A program made the translations under genes and the position numbers. This document shows positions 9,284-19,277 of a stretch of DNA of 64,000 nucleotides, piece by piece (position 1 is the stretch's first letter; the number at the start of each line of letters is the position of its first letter). The notes under the pieces are model-generated. The model had not been told where the DNA came from, made no database searches, and worked only from the letters and a program-made list of their open reading frames with translations. The stretch is from an uncultured Solibacteraceae bacterium (GTDB lineage: Bacteria > Acidobacteriota > Terriglobia > 20CM-2-55-15): assembly GCA_964633285.1 (NCBI GenBank), contig CAZWGA010000001.1, forward strand, positions 126,038 to 190,037. Direction: 5' to 3'.

Positions 9284-10489
9284 ATGTTTGTTGACGTTCC
9301 GCCGGACAATATCCTTTCCACGATAAACCGCTTCGATGGAGACGTTCGCTCGCAGGAGCGAAAGATACGGGAAGCGATCGCGGGCAAACGCGTCCTCGTC
9401 ATCGGAGGCGCCGGAAGCATTGGTTCCTCCACCACCCGGCTGCTCGCGGGATTTCGTCCTTCGGTTCTGCACGTCATCGATCAAAACGAAAATGGCTTGA
9501 CGGAACTGGTGCGCGACTTTCGAACCGGAGGCATCCTTGAAGCGAAGCAGGCATTTGGCGCGTGGCCCATCGACTTCGGTTCAGCCGCGATGTATCGATT
9601 TCTACGGGACAACGGCCCTTATGACGAGATCCTGAACTTCGCGGCCATCAAACATGTTCGTTCCGAAAAAGACGTTTACGCACTGGCTCAGATGTTCGAT
9701 ACGAATGTCGTCAAACAGTGGCGCTTTCTACGTTGGTTATCCGAACTTTCGAAACAGGCGCATTACTTCAGTGTTTCAACCGATAAGGCCGCGAACCCCG
9801 TGAACCTGATGGGCGCAAGCAAGAGAATCATGGAGCACGTGATTCTGCGTGATTCACTTGGTGTGGACAGCACTTCCGCCCGCTTCGCAAATGTGGCTTT
9901 TTCGAGCGGCAGTCTTCTGGAGAGTTTCCTGATTCGAATTCAGAAACGTCAGCCCATCGGTGTTCCGCGTTCAACGAAACGTTACTTCCTGACAATGCGT
10001 GATGCCGGTCAGATCTGCCTTCTGGCTGCCACCGTGATTCCGGTGCGGCATCTCCTTATTCCCAGATTCAATGCTGATGACCTGCGGGAGCTTGAGCCCA
10101 TCGCAGTGGCCGTGCTGCAGCATCATGGTTTTAAGCCACGGTTCTATGAGGATGAGGCTCTCGCCCGAAGAGGCATTGTCGAGGACGTTAATCACGGCCT
10201 GTATCCGGTATTGCTGACACCTCTCGATACGAGTGGGGAGAAGTCATTCGAGGAGTTTGTGGGTAAAGACGAACACGCTGAGGATATCGGACTGTCGTCG
10301 TGTCTTACGATTCGTTACGACTCCCAATTGTCGGATGCTGATATGACCGCGTTCTTATGCGAAATCGAAAGATTTGTGAATGACCCCAAGAGCAACGTGT
10401 CCAAGCCGGAACTGGTTTCACTCGTGGCTAGCATCGTGCCAGACTTTAGTCACGTGGAAACAGGCAAGAATCTGGACCAGCGGATTTGA
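9284..10489 (+). CDS. CapD/FlaA1/PseB-like nucleotide-sugar 4,6-dehydratase (soluble polysaccharide biosynthesis protein)
   Basis: KRVLVIGGAGSIGSSTTRLL Rossmann motif. Overall layout resembles the short CapD/PglF C-terminal catalytic domain. Confidence 0.65.
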   Translation: MFVDVPPDNILSTINRFDGDVRSQERKIREAIAGKRVLVIGGAGSIGSSTTRLLAGFRPSVLHVIDQNENGLTELVRDFRTGGILEAKQAFGAWPIDFGSAAMYRFLRDNGPYDEILNFAAIKHVRSEKDVYALAQMFDTNVVKQWRFLRWLSELSKQAHYFSVSTDKAANPVNLMGASKRIMEHVILRDSLGVDSTSARFANVAFSSGSLLESFLIRIQKRQPIGVPRSTKRYFLTMRDAGQICLLAATVIPVRHLLIPRFNADDLRELEPIAVAVLQHHGFKPRFYEDEALARRGIVEDVNHGLYPVLLTPLDTSGEKSFEEFVGKDEHAEDIGLSSCLTIRYDSQLSDADMTAFLCEIERFVNDPKSNVSKPELVSLVASIVPDFSHVETGKNLDQRI

Positions 10490-10601
10490 TCCTATCGTTC
10501 TAAGTATTTACAAAAAATGTTCATCCGAATAAACGCAAAGCCTGCAAAAGATGTCAAAATAGCCGTCGGTACCAAAGTCCCTCGCGAGGTCTACTGCCAG
10601 C

Positions 10602-11747
10602 ATGAGGATGTTTTTGCCCTTCGAGTCACCGGATTATCGGCGGTGCGCGGTGACTCTGATGGACAACGAAGCGGATCCGGATATCGAATTCGACGAGAAC
10701 GGCGTTTCGAACTACGTTTCCATGCAGCGTGCCAAGTTGCTGCTGCGGGTGCCGCCGCCGGCAGAGGCCTCTCAGATCCTGCAGCAGATGATTGCCTCAA
10801 TGAAAGCTACAGGGAAAAACCGGCGATACGACTGTGTTGTCGGTGTGAGTGGGGGATTCGACAGCAGTTTCGTCGCGTTAAAGGCGAAGGAATTCGGGCT
10901 TCGGATCCTGGCCGTCCATTTCGACAATGGTTGGAACTCCGCGGTTGCGACAAGCAACATCGAGAGACTCGTCAAACGTCTTGGAATCGACCTCTATACA
11001 AAGGTAGTGGATTGGGAAGAGTTTCGCGATCTTCAGCTCTCGTTTCTGAAGTCGTCAACACCAGACGGAGAAATTCCAACCGATCATGGCATTATCGCGA
11101 CTCTGTATGATGTCGCGGCAAAAAATGACATCCCCTACATCCTTGTCGGCGACAACGTGCGCACTGAAGGAATCATGCCGCGGTCGTGGGCCTACGGTCA
11201 TCTCGACGCAACATATATTCGGAGTGTGCATGAGAACTACGGACGGATTCCGCTTAAAACGTATCCGCTGCTCACGCTTTCGAAGTTGGCACGGCTTGTT
11301 CTTTTGAAAAGACTGAAGCGAGTTGCGCTCATCAATTATTTGCCGTATGACCGCCACAAAACACTCAACCTGCTTCGAAGCGAGATTGGTTGGGAAGACT
11401 ATGGCGCAAAACATCACGATTCGATTTACACGAAGTTCTATCAGGATTACTTCCTGCCACGAAAATTTGGAATCGACAAGCGTAAGGCGCACCTCTCGGC
11501 TCTTATCGTGTCGGGTCTTGCCGGTCGTGATGCGGTCATGAGGGAATTCTCCGCAATCGGGGAAAGAGTCGGCGCCGGTGAACTGGAATTCGTTCTCAAG
11601 AAACTGACGCTCACTTCTGCGGAACTGAATCTCATGATCAAGGCACCCGGACGGACCTTTCTGGAATTCGAAAATCGCCGCTGGCTCATCGATGGATTCC
11701 TGAAAGCACTCGCCGAACTGCGACGAAGACGGCTGGCCCTGAACTGA
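10602..11747 (+). CDS. wbuX: second N-acetyl sugar amidotransferase paralog (WbuX-like, PP-loop), N-terminal zinc ribbon degenerate
   Basis: Clear paralog of 2879..4006 (DIEFDENG, VGVSGGFDSSFVALKAKEFGL, DNGWNS, GEIPTD). Only one Cys pair remnant (YRRCAV) remains in place of the CxxC...CxxC ribbon. The exact start is uncertain. Confidence 0.7.
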   Translation: MRMFLPFESPDYRRCAVTLMDNEADPDIEFDENGVSNYVSMQRAKLLLRVPPPAEASQILQQMIASMKATGKNRRYDCVVGVSGGFDSSFVALKAKEFGLRILAVHFDNGWNSAVATSNIERLVKRLGIDLYTKVVDWEEFRDLQLSFLKSSTPDGEIPTDHGIIATLYDVAAKNDIPYILVGDNVRTEGIMPRSWAYGHLDATYIRSVHENYGRIPLKTYPLLTLSKLARLVLLKRLKRVALINYLPYDRHKTLNLLRSEIGWEDYGAKHHDSIYTKFYQDYFLPRKFGIDKRKAHLSALIVSGLAGRDAVMREFSAIGERVGAGELEFVLKKLTLTSAELNLMIKAPGRTFLEFENRRWLIDGFLKALAELRRRRLALN

Positions 11748-11770
11748 GTTTTGCGCTTACACGCCGAATC

Positions 11771-12826
11771 ATGAACACGCCAATCCGTTTTGCAGTTGTG
11801 GGCTGCGGCAACATCGGCTCACGTCATGCCGCCATTCTATTGTCGGAACCAGGGGCGCGCCTGGTCGCCTTGTGCGATGTCGACAGGAACAAATGCTCCG
11901 CCTTGCTCGAGCCGGGCGCCGATATACCCATCCTTTCAAACTATGATGATGTGCTGGCCACGGACGCCGACGTCATCAACATCTGCACGCCTCATGCTCT
12001 GCATTCGCCAATGGCAATTCAGGCATTGGAAGCCGGAAAGCACGTGCTGGTGGAAAAACCGATGGCCCTGACGGCCGCAGAGTCTCTCTCCATGATCGAG
12101 GCAGCGCGCCGGAATAATCGCCGATTGATGGTCGTTAAACAGAATCGATACAACGTACCGATCGTTTTGACGAAGGCGGCCCTCGATAATGGAAAACTGG
12201 GGCGCGTATTCATGGCCCAGTGCAACGTTCTCTGGAATCGTCACAATGGTTATTACTCCGAGTCACCGTGGCGAGGACGCAAGCTCCTCGAAGGTGGTGC
12301 GCTCTACACGCAGGTCAGTCACTTTCTGGATTTGATGATCTGGTGGTTTGGGGATGTTGTCGACGCGTCATCCAGTGTTTCCACAATGGGTCACAATATT
12401 GAGACGGAAGACTGCGGCACGGCTTACATTCGCTTCGGTTCCGGTGTGCTGGGTACTCTCACATGGACGACTTGCGTTTATGGCCGCAACTATGAAGGAA
12501 GCATTACGGTCATAGGTCAAAACGGAATCATCAAGATTGGCGGGCAGTATCTGAATCGGATCGAACATTGGAATGTGAAAGACTATCCGCTTGCCGATGA
12601 TGTCCAGTTTGTCGATCAGCCAAACAAATACGGAAAATTCGAAGGATCCAGTTCCAATCACGACAAGGTCATTCGCGACGTCATCGAGGATCTTGTTTCG
12701 GGAGGATCCAGAGTGGTTGAGGGCAGCGAAGGAATGTTGACGGTTCGAGCAATCGAGAGAATATACCGCAGCGCCCGGTTCTCAAGCCCTGAAGACCAGA
12801 CGATTTCCGCGCAGAGTTCGAGATGA
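11771..12826 (+). CDS. Gfo/Idh/MocA family oxidoreductase (WbpB-like UDP-sugar 3-dehydrogenase candidate)
   Basis: IRFAVVGCGNIGSRHA N-terminal Rossmann motif of Gfo/Idh/MocA. It is followed by an acetyltransferase and a DegT aminotransferase, the WbpB-WbpD-WbpE arrangement. Confidence 0.75.
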   Translation: MNTPIRFAVVGCGNIGSRHAAILLSEPGARLVALCDVDRNKCSALLEPGADIPILSNYDDVLATDADVINICTPHALHSPMAIQALEAGKHVLVEKPMALTAAESLSMIEAARRNNRRLMVVKQNRYNVPIVLTKAALDNGKLGRVFMAQCNVLWNRHNGYYSESPWRGRKLLEGGALYTQVSHFLDLMIWWFGDVVDASSSVSTMGHNIETEDCGTAYIRFGSGVLGTLTWTTCVYGRNYEGSITVIGQNGIIKIGGQYLNRIEHWNVKDYPLADDVQFVDQPNKYGKFEGSSSNHDKVIRDVIEDLVSGGSRVVEGSEGMLTVRAIERIYRSARFSSPEDQTISAQSSR

Positions 12827-13443
12827 TGGTCGAAGTTCCTCATGTGATTTATCCGAATGTCGTGTGGAAGGGAAGCTATGACATCGGAGCATTTGTTGTT
12901 GTCGGCCATCCCGGCGGAGCAGATTCGGCAGGTACGCACATCGGGCCTGACGCGGTCATTCGATCCCACACAGTCATCTATGCGGGCAATCACATCGGAA
13001 GCCGGTTTCGCACCGGTCATGGAGTCCTGATTCGGGAAGAAAACCAGATTGGTGATGATGTGAGCATCGGTTCGGGCAGCACGATCGAACACCATGTTCG
13101 GATCGGCCATCGCGTGCGTTTGCATTCGAATGTATTTGTTCCGGAGTTTTCCATACTCGATGACGACTGCTGGCTCGGGCCGAATGTCGTTTTGACCAAT
13201 GCCAAATATCCGCGCTCCAGAAACGTTAAGGAAGAGCTTGCCGGGCCGCGAGTGGAAACGGCCGCGAAGATCGGCGCGAATTCGACGATTCTTCCCGGAG
13301 TGCGAATCGGACATCATGCCGTCGTGGGCGCCGGATCTGTAGTAACACGGGATGTGGCGCCGAATACCGTGGTGGCGGGCAATCCCGCGCGATTTCTGAA
13401 GGACGTTCCTCCAATCTATGACAACAAAAACACCGCTGGTTGA
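12823..13443 (+). CDS. hexapeptide-repeat (left-handed beta-helix) sugar N-acetyltransferase (WbpD/PglD-like)
   Basis: Repeated [LIV]G-x4 hexapeptides ([50 protein letters not shown]). Overlaps the upstream gene (ATGA). Confidence 0.8.
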   Translation: MMVEVPHVIYPNVVWKGSYDIGAFVVVGHPGGADSAGTHIGPDAVIRSHTVIYAGNHIGSRFRTGHGVLIREENQIGDDVSIGSGSTIEHHVRIGHRVRLHSNVFVPEFSILDDDCWLGPNVVLTNAKYPRSRNVKEELAGPRVETAAKIGANSTILPGVRIGHHAVVGAGSVVTRDVAPNTVVAGNPARFLKDVPPIYDNKNTAG

Positions 13444-14542
13444 TCTTCACGCGCAATACCTCAGCATCAAACCTGAAATCGATGAGGCTCTGGCACGCGT
13501 CATCAATTCGACCGCTTTCGTTGGCGGAGACGAAGTCCGCCGATTTGAACGCGATTTCGCGGAATTCTGCGAGGCTGCCGAATGCGTCGGTGTCGCCAAC
13601 GGAACGGACGCTATATTCCTGGCGCTGAAAGCGCTCGGCATCGGCGAAGGCGATGAAGTCATTACGGTGTCTCATACGTTTATAGCAACGGTTGAGCCGA
13701 TTTACGCTGTGGGCGCGCGTCCCGTGTTTGTCGATATTTCCCGGAATACCATGCTGATCGATCCTGCCTTGATTGAGTCGGCGATTACAGAGAAGACGAA
13801 GGCCATCATTGCTGTCCATTTGTATGGACAAGTCTGCCCGATGGAGCCGATCAGGCAAATTGCGGGGAAACATGGTCTCAAGGTGATCGAAGATGCGGCG
13901 CAGGCGCACGGCGCCCGCTACATGGGCCGGCGTGCCGGATCTCTCGGCGATGTGGCGTGTTTCAGTTTTTACCCAGGGAAGAATCTGGGGTGCTATGGAG
14001 ACGGCGGCGCGGTCGTCACGAACAATGAGGCTTTGGCGAAAAATATCAGGATGCTCGCGAATCATGGACGCACGGAGAAATACAAGCACAGTTTTATGGG
14101 ATTCAACAGCCGGCTTGACGGCATACAAGCCGCAATCCTGCGCGTTAAGTTGAGACATCTCGACGCGTGGAACGAGAAGAGAAGGATCCTTGCAGCTTTG
14201 TATAGCGAACGCCTTCGCCAAATGAACGCCGTGCTTCCGGAAGTTGCCGCCGAATCCGAATCCGTGTGGCACCTCTATGTTGCGAGGTTTCAGGAGCGGG
14301 ATTTGCTGCGTGAGACGCTCGCAAAGGAAGGTATTGAAGCGGGCATCCATTATCCGATTCCGGTTCACCTTCAGCCGGCATATCTGGCGATTTCTGAAAA
14401 ACCTGTCAGATTGCCGGAAACCGAACGAGCGGCCGATACAGTCCTTTCACTGCCGATCTACGCCGAATTGTCCATGTCCGAATTCGAACGATGTCTGGAA
14501 TTGACTCTGGGAGCCTTGCAGGATTGTCTGCGCAACCGGTGA
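13418..14542 (+). CDS. DegT/DnrJ/EryC1/StrS family PLP-dependent sugar aminotransferase (WbpE-like)
   Basis: N-terminal [21 protein letters not shown] and an internal SFYPGKNLG (PLP-lysine region) are characteristic of this family. Confidence 0.85.
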   Translation: MTTKTPLVDLHAQYLSIKPEIDEALARVINSTAFVGGDEVRRFERDFAEFCEAAECVGVANGTDAIFLALKALGIGEGDEVITVSHTFIATVEPIYAVGARPVFVDISRNTMLIDPALIESAITEKTKAIIAVHLYGQVCPMEPIRQIAGKHGLKVIEDAAQAHGARYMGRRAGSLGDVACFSFYPGKNLGCYGDGGAVVTNNEALAKNIRMLANHGRTEKYKHSFMGFNSRLDGIQAAILRVKLRHLDAWNEKRRILAALYSERLRQMNAVLPEVAAESESVWHLYVARFQERDLLRETLAKEGIEAGIHYPIPVHLQPAYLAISEKPVRLPETERAADTVLSLPIYAELSMSEFERCLELTLGALQDCLRNR

Positions 14543-15525
14543 ATTCCGGAGCACCGGCGGTCTCACTCGTTGTGGCGATGTACAACGAAGCGGGACACAT
14601 CCGGACGTGTTTGGACTCGCTGGTTTCGCAGGATTATCCCGGCGACAAAATTGAAATTCTGGTTGTCGACGGTAATTCCACGGACTCGTCCCGGGAGGTC
14701 GTCCGTTCTTATCAGAAAAATCATCCGAATGTCCGGCTTCTGGATAATCCGCGGAGAATTACTCCCGTTGCGTTCAATGTGGGAATAGCTGCGGCCTCGG
14801 GAGATTACATCGGAATCATCAGTGCCCATAGTGTGCTCGCGGGCGATTATGTTCGTGAATGTGTCAGGCATCTCGGCCAGACGGGAGCAGATCACGTCGG
14901 CGGTCTCATGACTGCGGTAGGCGTCGGCCGTGTTGCTCAGGCAATCGCGGAATCGACGAATTCACCGTTTGCCGTCGGCGGATCCCGATTCCACTACGAC
15001 AAACGCGATCAATATGTCGAATCGGTTTATATGGGGCTTTACCGAAGAGAAGTATTTGACCGGATCGGGCTCTTTGATGAGGAACTGGTTCGCAATCAGG
15101 ACGACGAATTCAATTACCGGCTGCACGCTGCAAAGGGACGTCATTTTCAAACTGCATCGGTGAAGTCGGTGTATTACAGCAGGGCGAACTATCGTTCTCT
15201 GTGGCGCCAGTATTACCAGTATGGGTTATTCAAGCCTCTTGTCTTTCGAAAAGTACCCGGCTCGATGCGCTGGCGGCACGTTATTCCTTCCGTTTTTCTG
15301 CTCACCATTCTCGTTTGCATCATCTTCGCTCTACTTGATTCACGAGGCCTGTTCCTGCTTGGCGCAAGTGTAGGGCCCTATGTTCTCGCAATGAGTATCG
15401 GAGCAGGGCTCACCGCGTACCGCCTGGGAGCGTGGGCGTTTCCGTTCTCGTTCGCTGCTTTTCCGGTCATGCACCTGGCATATGGGGCGGGAATGATACA
15501 GGGACTTTTTCGAGCATCGCGGTGA
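14491..15525 (+). CDS. family 2 glycosyltransferase with C-terminal transmembrane segments
   Basis: [41 protein letters not shown] is a GT2 signature. The C-terminal approximately 90 aa are hydrophobic. An alternative GTG start at 14539 overlaps the upstream stop (GTGA). Confidence 0.75.
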   Translation: MSGIDSGSLAGLSAQPVNSGAPAVSLVVAMYNEAGHIRTCLDSLVSQDYPGDKIEILVVDGNSTDSSREVVRSYQKNHPNVRLLDNPRRITPVAFNVGIAAASGDYIGIISAHSVLAGDYVRECVRHLGQTGADHVGGLMTAVGVGRVAQAIAESTNSPFAVGGSRFHYDKRDQYVESVYMGLYRREVFDRIGLFDEELVRNQDDEFNYRLHAAKGRHFQTASVKSVYYSRANYRSLWRQYYQYGLFKPLVFRKVPGSMRWRHVIPSVFLLTILVCIIFALLDSRGLFLLGASVGPYVLAMSIGAGLTAYRLGAWAFPFSFAAFPVMHLAYGAGMIQGLFRASR

Positions 15526-15526
15526 A

Positions 15527-16708
15527 GTGGTGAGTCCAAGGAAGACGTTTCTGCCGTTTTCACCGCCCTTCCTGACAGGCGCGGAGATCGACGAGGTCGT
15601 CGATACTCTGCGATCGGATTGGATAACGACAGGACCGAAGACAAAGAGATTCGAAAAAGAATTCGCCCAATTCATCGGTGCGCCCGCCGCCCTGGCGGTG
15701 AACTCATGCACGGACGCAATGCTGGTCGCTCTGGCTGCGAGCGGAATAGGTCCCGGAGACGAAGTAATTACAACGCCGATGACGTTCTGTTCCACGGCTC
15801 ATGTGATCGAACATCTGGGGGCGCGCCCTGTTTTTGTCGATGTCGAACGCCGCACGCTGAATATCGATGCCGCACAAGTCGAGCGTGCTGTCACGGGACG
15901 CACTCGAGCGCTGATGCCCGTTCATCTCTACGGTCATCCGTGCGACATGGGGCCGTTGCTCGATATCGCGGAAGGTCACAACTTGACCATCGTCGAAGAT
16001 GCTGCTCATGCCTTTCCCGCAAAATGGAAAGGACGATTTGTGGGCACGCTCGGAGACTTTACCGCTTTCAGCTTTTATGCGACGAAGAACCTGACAACCG
16101 GGGAAGGGGGCATGTTGACCGGCTCGGAGGAATGGATTGATCGGGCGCGGCCGTGGGTACTGCACGGAATGAGTCGCGATGCCTACAAGCGTTATGGTGC
16201 CGGTGGGTCGTGGTTTTATAAGGTATCCCTGCCGGGTTTTAAGTGCAATATGACGGATATTCAGGCGGCTCTCGGTCTGGCGCAATTAAAACGGATTTCG
16301 GAACTTCAGGCGCGGCGGTCGGAAATCGTTCAACGATACAACTATGCGTTTTCAAAGCTCAGCCAGGTGGAAATTCCCGTGTGCGATCCTGAGGTTGAAA
16401 ACGCGAACCACCTTTATGTTTTGCGGCTGAATTCCGGACACCCTGCTGTGGATCGAGACCAGTTCATTGCGGCGCTGGCGCAGGCGAATATCGGCGCGAG
16501 TGTTCATTTCATACCGGTACACATGCATGATTACTATCGAGAGAAGTACGGATATAAGCCGGATGATTTCCCCGTCGCCTGGTCCGAGTATCAGCGGATT
16601 GTTTCCTTGCCGCTGTATCCGCGAATGAGTGATGAAGACGTGGACGACGTGATTGCTTCAGTCACGGACATTGCCGTGAGCAGCAGGGCCAAAGTATTTG
16701 GTTCTTGA
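15527..16708 (+). CDS. DegT/DnrJ/EryC1/StrS family aminotransferase (PglE/PseC-like UDP-4-amino-sugar aminotransferase)
   Basis: FLPFSPPFLTGAEIDEVVDTLRSDWITTG N-terminus and SFYATKNLTTGEGG PLP-lysine region. Adjacent to a PglC-like transferase and a PglF-like dehydratase. Confidence 0.85.
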   Translation: MVSPRKTFLPFSPPFLTGAEIDEVVDTLRSDWITTGPKTKRFEKEFAQFIGAPAALAVNSCTDAMLVALAASGIGPGDEVITTPMTFCSTAHVIEHLGARPVFVDVERRTLNIDAAQVERAVTGRTRALMPVHLYGHPCDMGPLLDIAEGHNLTIVEDAAHAFPAKWKGRFVGTLGDFTAFSFYATKNLTTGEGGMLTGSEEWIDRARPWVLHGMSRDAYKRYGAGGSWFYKVSLPGFKCNMTDIQAALGLAQLKRISELQARRSEIVQRYNYAFSKLSQVEIPVCDPEVENANHLYVLRLNSGHPAVDRDQFIAALAQANIGASVHFIPVHMHDYYREKYGYKPDDFPVAWSEYQRIVSLPLYPRMSDEDVDDVIASVTDIAVSSRAKVFGS

Positions 16709-17298
16709 TCAAACTCGTGATCAGGTACTTATTTGATGCCGCAGTCTCCGCTCTGGGCCTTATCGTTCTGTCTCCCGTGTTTGTTTTTGTAGCCGTTTGG
16801 ATCAAGCTCGATTCCCGTGGTCCAGTGTTCCATCGCGGCCTGCGTGTTGGACGAAACGGGAAACGTTTCCACATTTATAAATTTCGCACGATGAGGGCCG
16901 ATGCGTCGGGCCCAGGTATCACTGTTGCCGGCGATGGGCGTGTGACTCGGGCCGGCAAGGTTCTTCGAAGAACCAAGCTGGATGAAGTGCCCCAGTTGAT
17001 TAATGTTTTAAAAGGCGAAATGGCTTTGGTGGGGCCTCGGCCCGAAGATCCCGAATTCGTGGCGCTGTACGACACAAGGCAGCAAGCTGTACTGAAGGTT
17101 CGGCCGGGTATCACAAGCCCGGCATCGCTGGCCTTCAAGGCTGAGGAAAAGCTTCTGGCCGGTCCGGACTGGCATCAGGTCTATGTGAATCAGATCATGC
17201 CCAGGAAACTGGAACTTGAATTAGACTATCTCCATCATCGGACCATGTTTTCCGATGTCGTTCTCATCGGGAGGACACTCCTGACTCTGCTGAATTGA
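16705..17298 (+). CDS. small polyprenyl-phosphate sugar-1-phosphate transferase (bacterial sugar transferase, PglC/WbaP C-domain type)
   Basis: Single N-terminal TM helix followed by KFRTM...DELPQLINVLKGEMALVGPRP, a diagnostic motif of the Bac_transf family. Confidence 0.85.
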   Translation: MIKLVIRYLFDAAVSALGLIVLSPVFVFVAVWIKLDSRGPVFHRGLRVGRNGKRFHIYKFRTMRADASGPGITVAGDGRVTRAGKVLRRTKLDEVPQLINVLKGEMALVGPRPEDPEFVALYDTRQQAVLKVRPGITSPASLAFKAEEKLLAGPDWHQVYVNQIMPRKLELELDYLHHRTMFSDVVLIGRTLLTLLN

Positions 17299-17337
17299 TT
17301 CTTCACACGGCGCAACGGTGTTTATAACTAGGATGGT

Positions 17338-19266
17338 GTGGCTTTGAGTTCTGTGGATCGCGCCTGGACGACGGTTCTGAAGATACGCCGTCCCATTGTT
17401 GTTCTCATCCATCTTCTGCTGATTGCCTTTTCCAGCTACACGGCTCTCTATCTCCGTTTCGACGGCGATATCCCGCAGCGCGAATGGGCATTGTGGCTTC
17501 AGCTCATTCCGTGGGTCCTTGTCATTCGTGGCATCACTTTCGTTCCGTTTCGCATGTATGAAGGGTTGTGGCGCTACACCAGTGTTCATGACCTCAGCAA
17601 CATCATCTTTGGCGTGACTTCCAGTTCCGCGCTTGCTTATCTCTTCCTGATCTTGAATTTCAAGGCAACCTGGTATCCGCGATCTGTTGTTATTCTCGAC
17701 ACCCTGCTCCTGATCATGCTGACGGGCGGTATACGGATCGGCCGCCGCCTGTATCGTGAAGTCAGTCATCTCGAGCGCGAAAAACGAATTCTTATACTTG
17801 GGGCGGGCGACGCGGGAGAAATGATCGTTCGCGACATGAAGAACAGCGACTATCACCAATATGAGCCGGTGGGTTTCGTTGACGACGATCCATTAAAGGT
17901 GGGGCAACGGATTCACGGTGTCAAGGTGTTGGGAACGCGATCATCTCTCGCAAAGATTATTGAGAAGACACAACCGCACTGCCTGCTCGTTGCGATACCC
18001 AAGCTCGATCCGGCGGAAGCTCGAAGCGTGGTCAAGAGTCTCGAACCTTTCAAACTTCCGATTCAAACTCTGCCTAATCTGCGCGACCTCGTCGACGGCC
18101 AGGTCAACGTGAGTCACATTCGAAATCTTGCGATCGAGGATCTCCTCGAGCGCGCTCCCATCGTTCTGAATTCGGAACCGGTCACCAGGCTGATCGGCGG
18201 TAAATGCGTGCTGATTTCCGGTGCCGGAGGCTCGATCGGATCGGAATTGTGCCGGCAGGTTCTCTCGTTCCGGCCCTCGCGAGTCGTTTTGTTCGAGCGG
18301 TATGAAAACGGTCTGTACGAAATAGCCAGTGAATTGGAAGCCATGACGCAATTGCCGATTTCGGCAATCATTGGCGATGTGACGGATGCTGCGCGTGTCG
18401 AGTACGTGATGTCTCATTTCCATCCGGAGATCGTCTTTCACGCCGCTGCTCATAAGCACGTTCCCATGATGGAGCTCAACCCGTGCGAAGCCGTGAAGAA
18501 CAACGTGCTGGGAACGCGGAATCTTGCACAGGCTGCGCTTCAGCATGGCGTCCAGAAATTCATTCTGATTTCGACCGACAAGGCTGTGAATCCAACAAGC
18601 GTGATGGGCGCCACAAAGAGAGTTGCGGAACTCCTCATCCAGACGATGAACGGCGGGCAGCGGAATACTTTCGTAGCCGTACGGTTCGGCAATGTTCTTG
18701 GAAGCAATGGCAGCGTTGTGCCGCGGTTTCTGTCACAGATAAGATCGGGCGGCCCGGTAACGGTTACTGATCCCGAGATCAAACGTTATTTCATGCTGAT
18801 TCCTGAGGCCGTCAACCTCGTGCTGCACGCTGCCACAGCGACGAAGGGCGGCCAGATTTTTGTTCTGAAAATGGGTGAGCAGATGCGCTTGGTGGATCTG
18901 GCACGCAATCTCATCCGTCTGTCGGGCTTAGTACCCGATAAGGAAATCAAGATCGAATTCATTGGATTGAGGCCCGGCGAGAAGCTTTACGAGGAACTCG
19001 TCGCTGACGACGAGGCCGTTGAACAATCGTCCATGGAAAAGATCCAGATCATTCAGCCGCGCCATTTGCCCGATCCCGCAACTCTGGTTCATGAAATCAT
19101 GCAACTGGAGTTTGCGGCCAAACGCGGCGACAGCGAGAAAACCATCGGGCTACTGCAACAGATAGTTCCGACCTACAGATCTTCCGAACACGTCGCGCCA
19201 ACGCCTGAGAAAACGGCCATGGCACCGGCAGTCGGAAAACCCGCCATTCAGTCCCGCCTGACCTGA
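17338..19266 (+). CDS. membrane-bound PglF/WbpM/CapD-family UDP-GlcNAc 4,6-dehydratase (polysaccharide biosynthesis protein)
   Basis: 642 aa. The N-terminal approximately 130 aa are polytopic membrane. Two Rossmann-like regions follow (ILILGAGDAGEMIVR; VLISGAGGSIGSELCRQ) with the CapD catalytic region (ISTDKAVNPTSVMGATKR). Confidence 0.85.
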   Translation: MALSSVDRAWTTVLKIRRPIVVLIHLLLIAFSSYTALYLRFDGDIPQREWALWLQLIPWVLVIRGITFVPFRMYEGLWRYTSVHDLSNIIFGVTSSSALAYLFLILNFKATWYPRSVVILDTLLLIMLTGGIRIGRRLYREVSHLEREKRILILGAGDAGEMIVRDMKNSDYHQYEPVGFVDDDPLKVGQRIHGVKVLGTRSSLAKIIEKTQPHCLLVAIPKLDPAEARSVVKSLEPFKLPIQTLPNLRDLVDGQVNVSHIRNLAIEDLLERAPIVLNSEPVTRLIGGKCVLISGAGGSIGSELCRQVLSFRPSRVVLFERYENGLYEIASELEAMTQLPISAIIGDVTDAARVEYVMSHFHPEIVFHAAAHKHVPMMELNPCEAVKNNVLGTRNLAQAALQHGVQKFILISTDKAVNPTSVMGATKRVAELLIQTMNGGQRNTFVAVRFGNVLGSNGSVVPRFLSQIRSGGPVTVTDPEIKRYFMLIPEAVNLVLHAATATKGGQIFVLKMGEQMRLVDLARNLIRLSGLVPDKEIKIEFIGLRPGEKLYEELVADDEAVEQSSMEKIQIIQPRHLPDPATLVHEIMQLEFAAKRGDSEKTIGLLQQIVPTYRSSEHVAPTPEKTAMAPAVGKPAIQSRLT

Positions 19267-19277
19267 CCTGATTACTG

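Noticed and set aside
10517..11110. 197-aa plus-strand ORF (MFIRINAKPAKDVK...) overlapping the start of the second amidotransferase gene in another frame.
   Set aside because: Arg/Gly/Ala-rich composition typical of an off-frame translation of GC-rich coding DNA. It overlaps a well-conserved PP-loop gene and has no recognizable motif.
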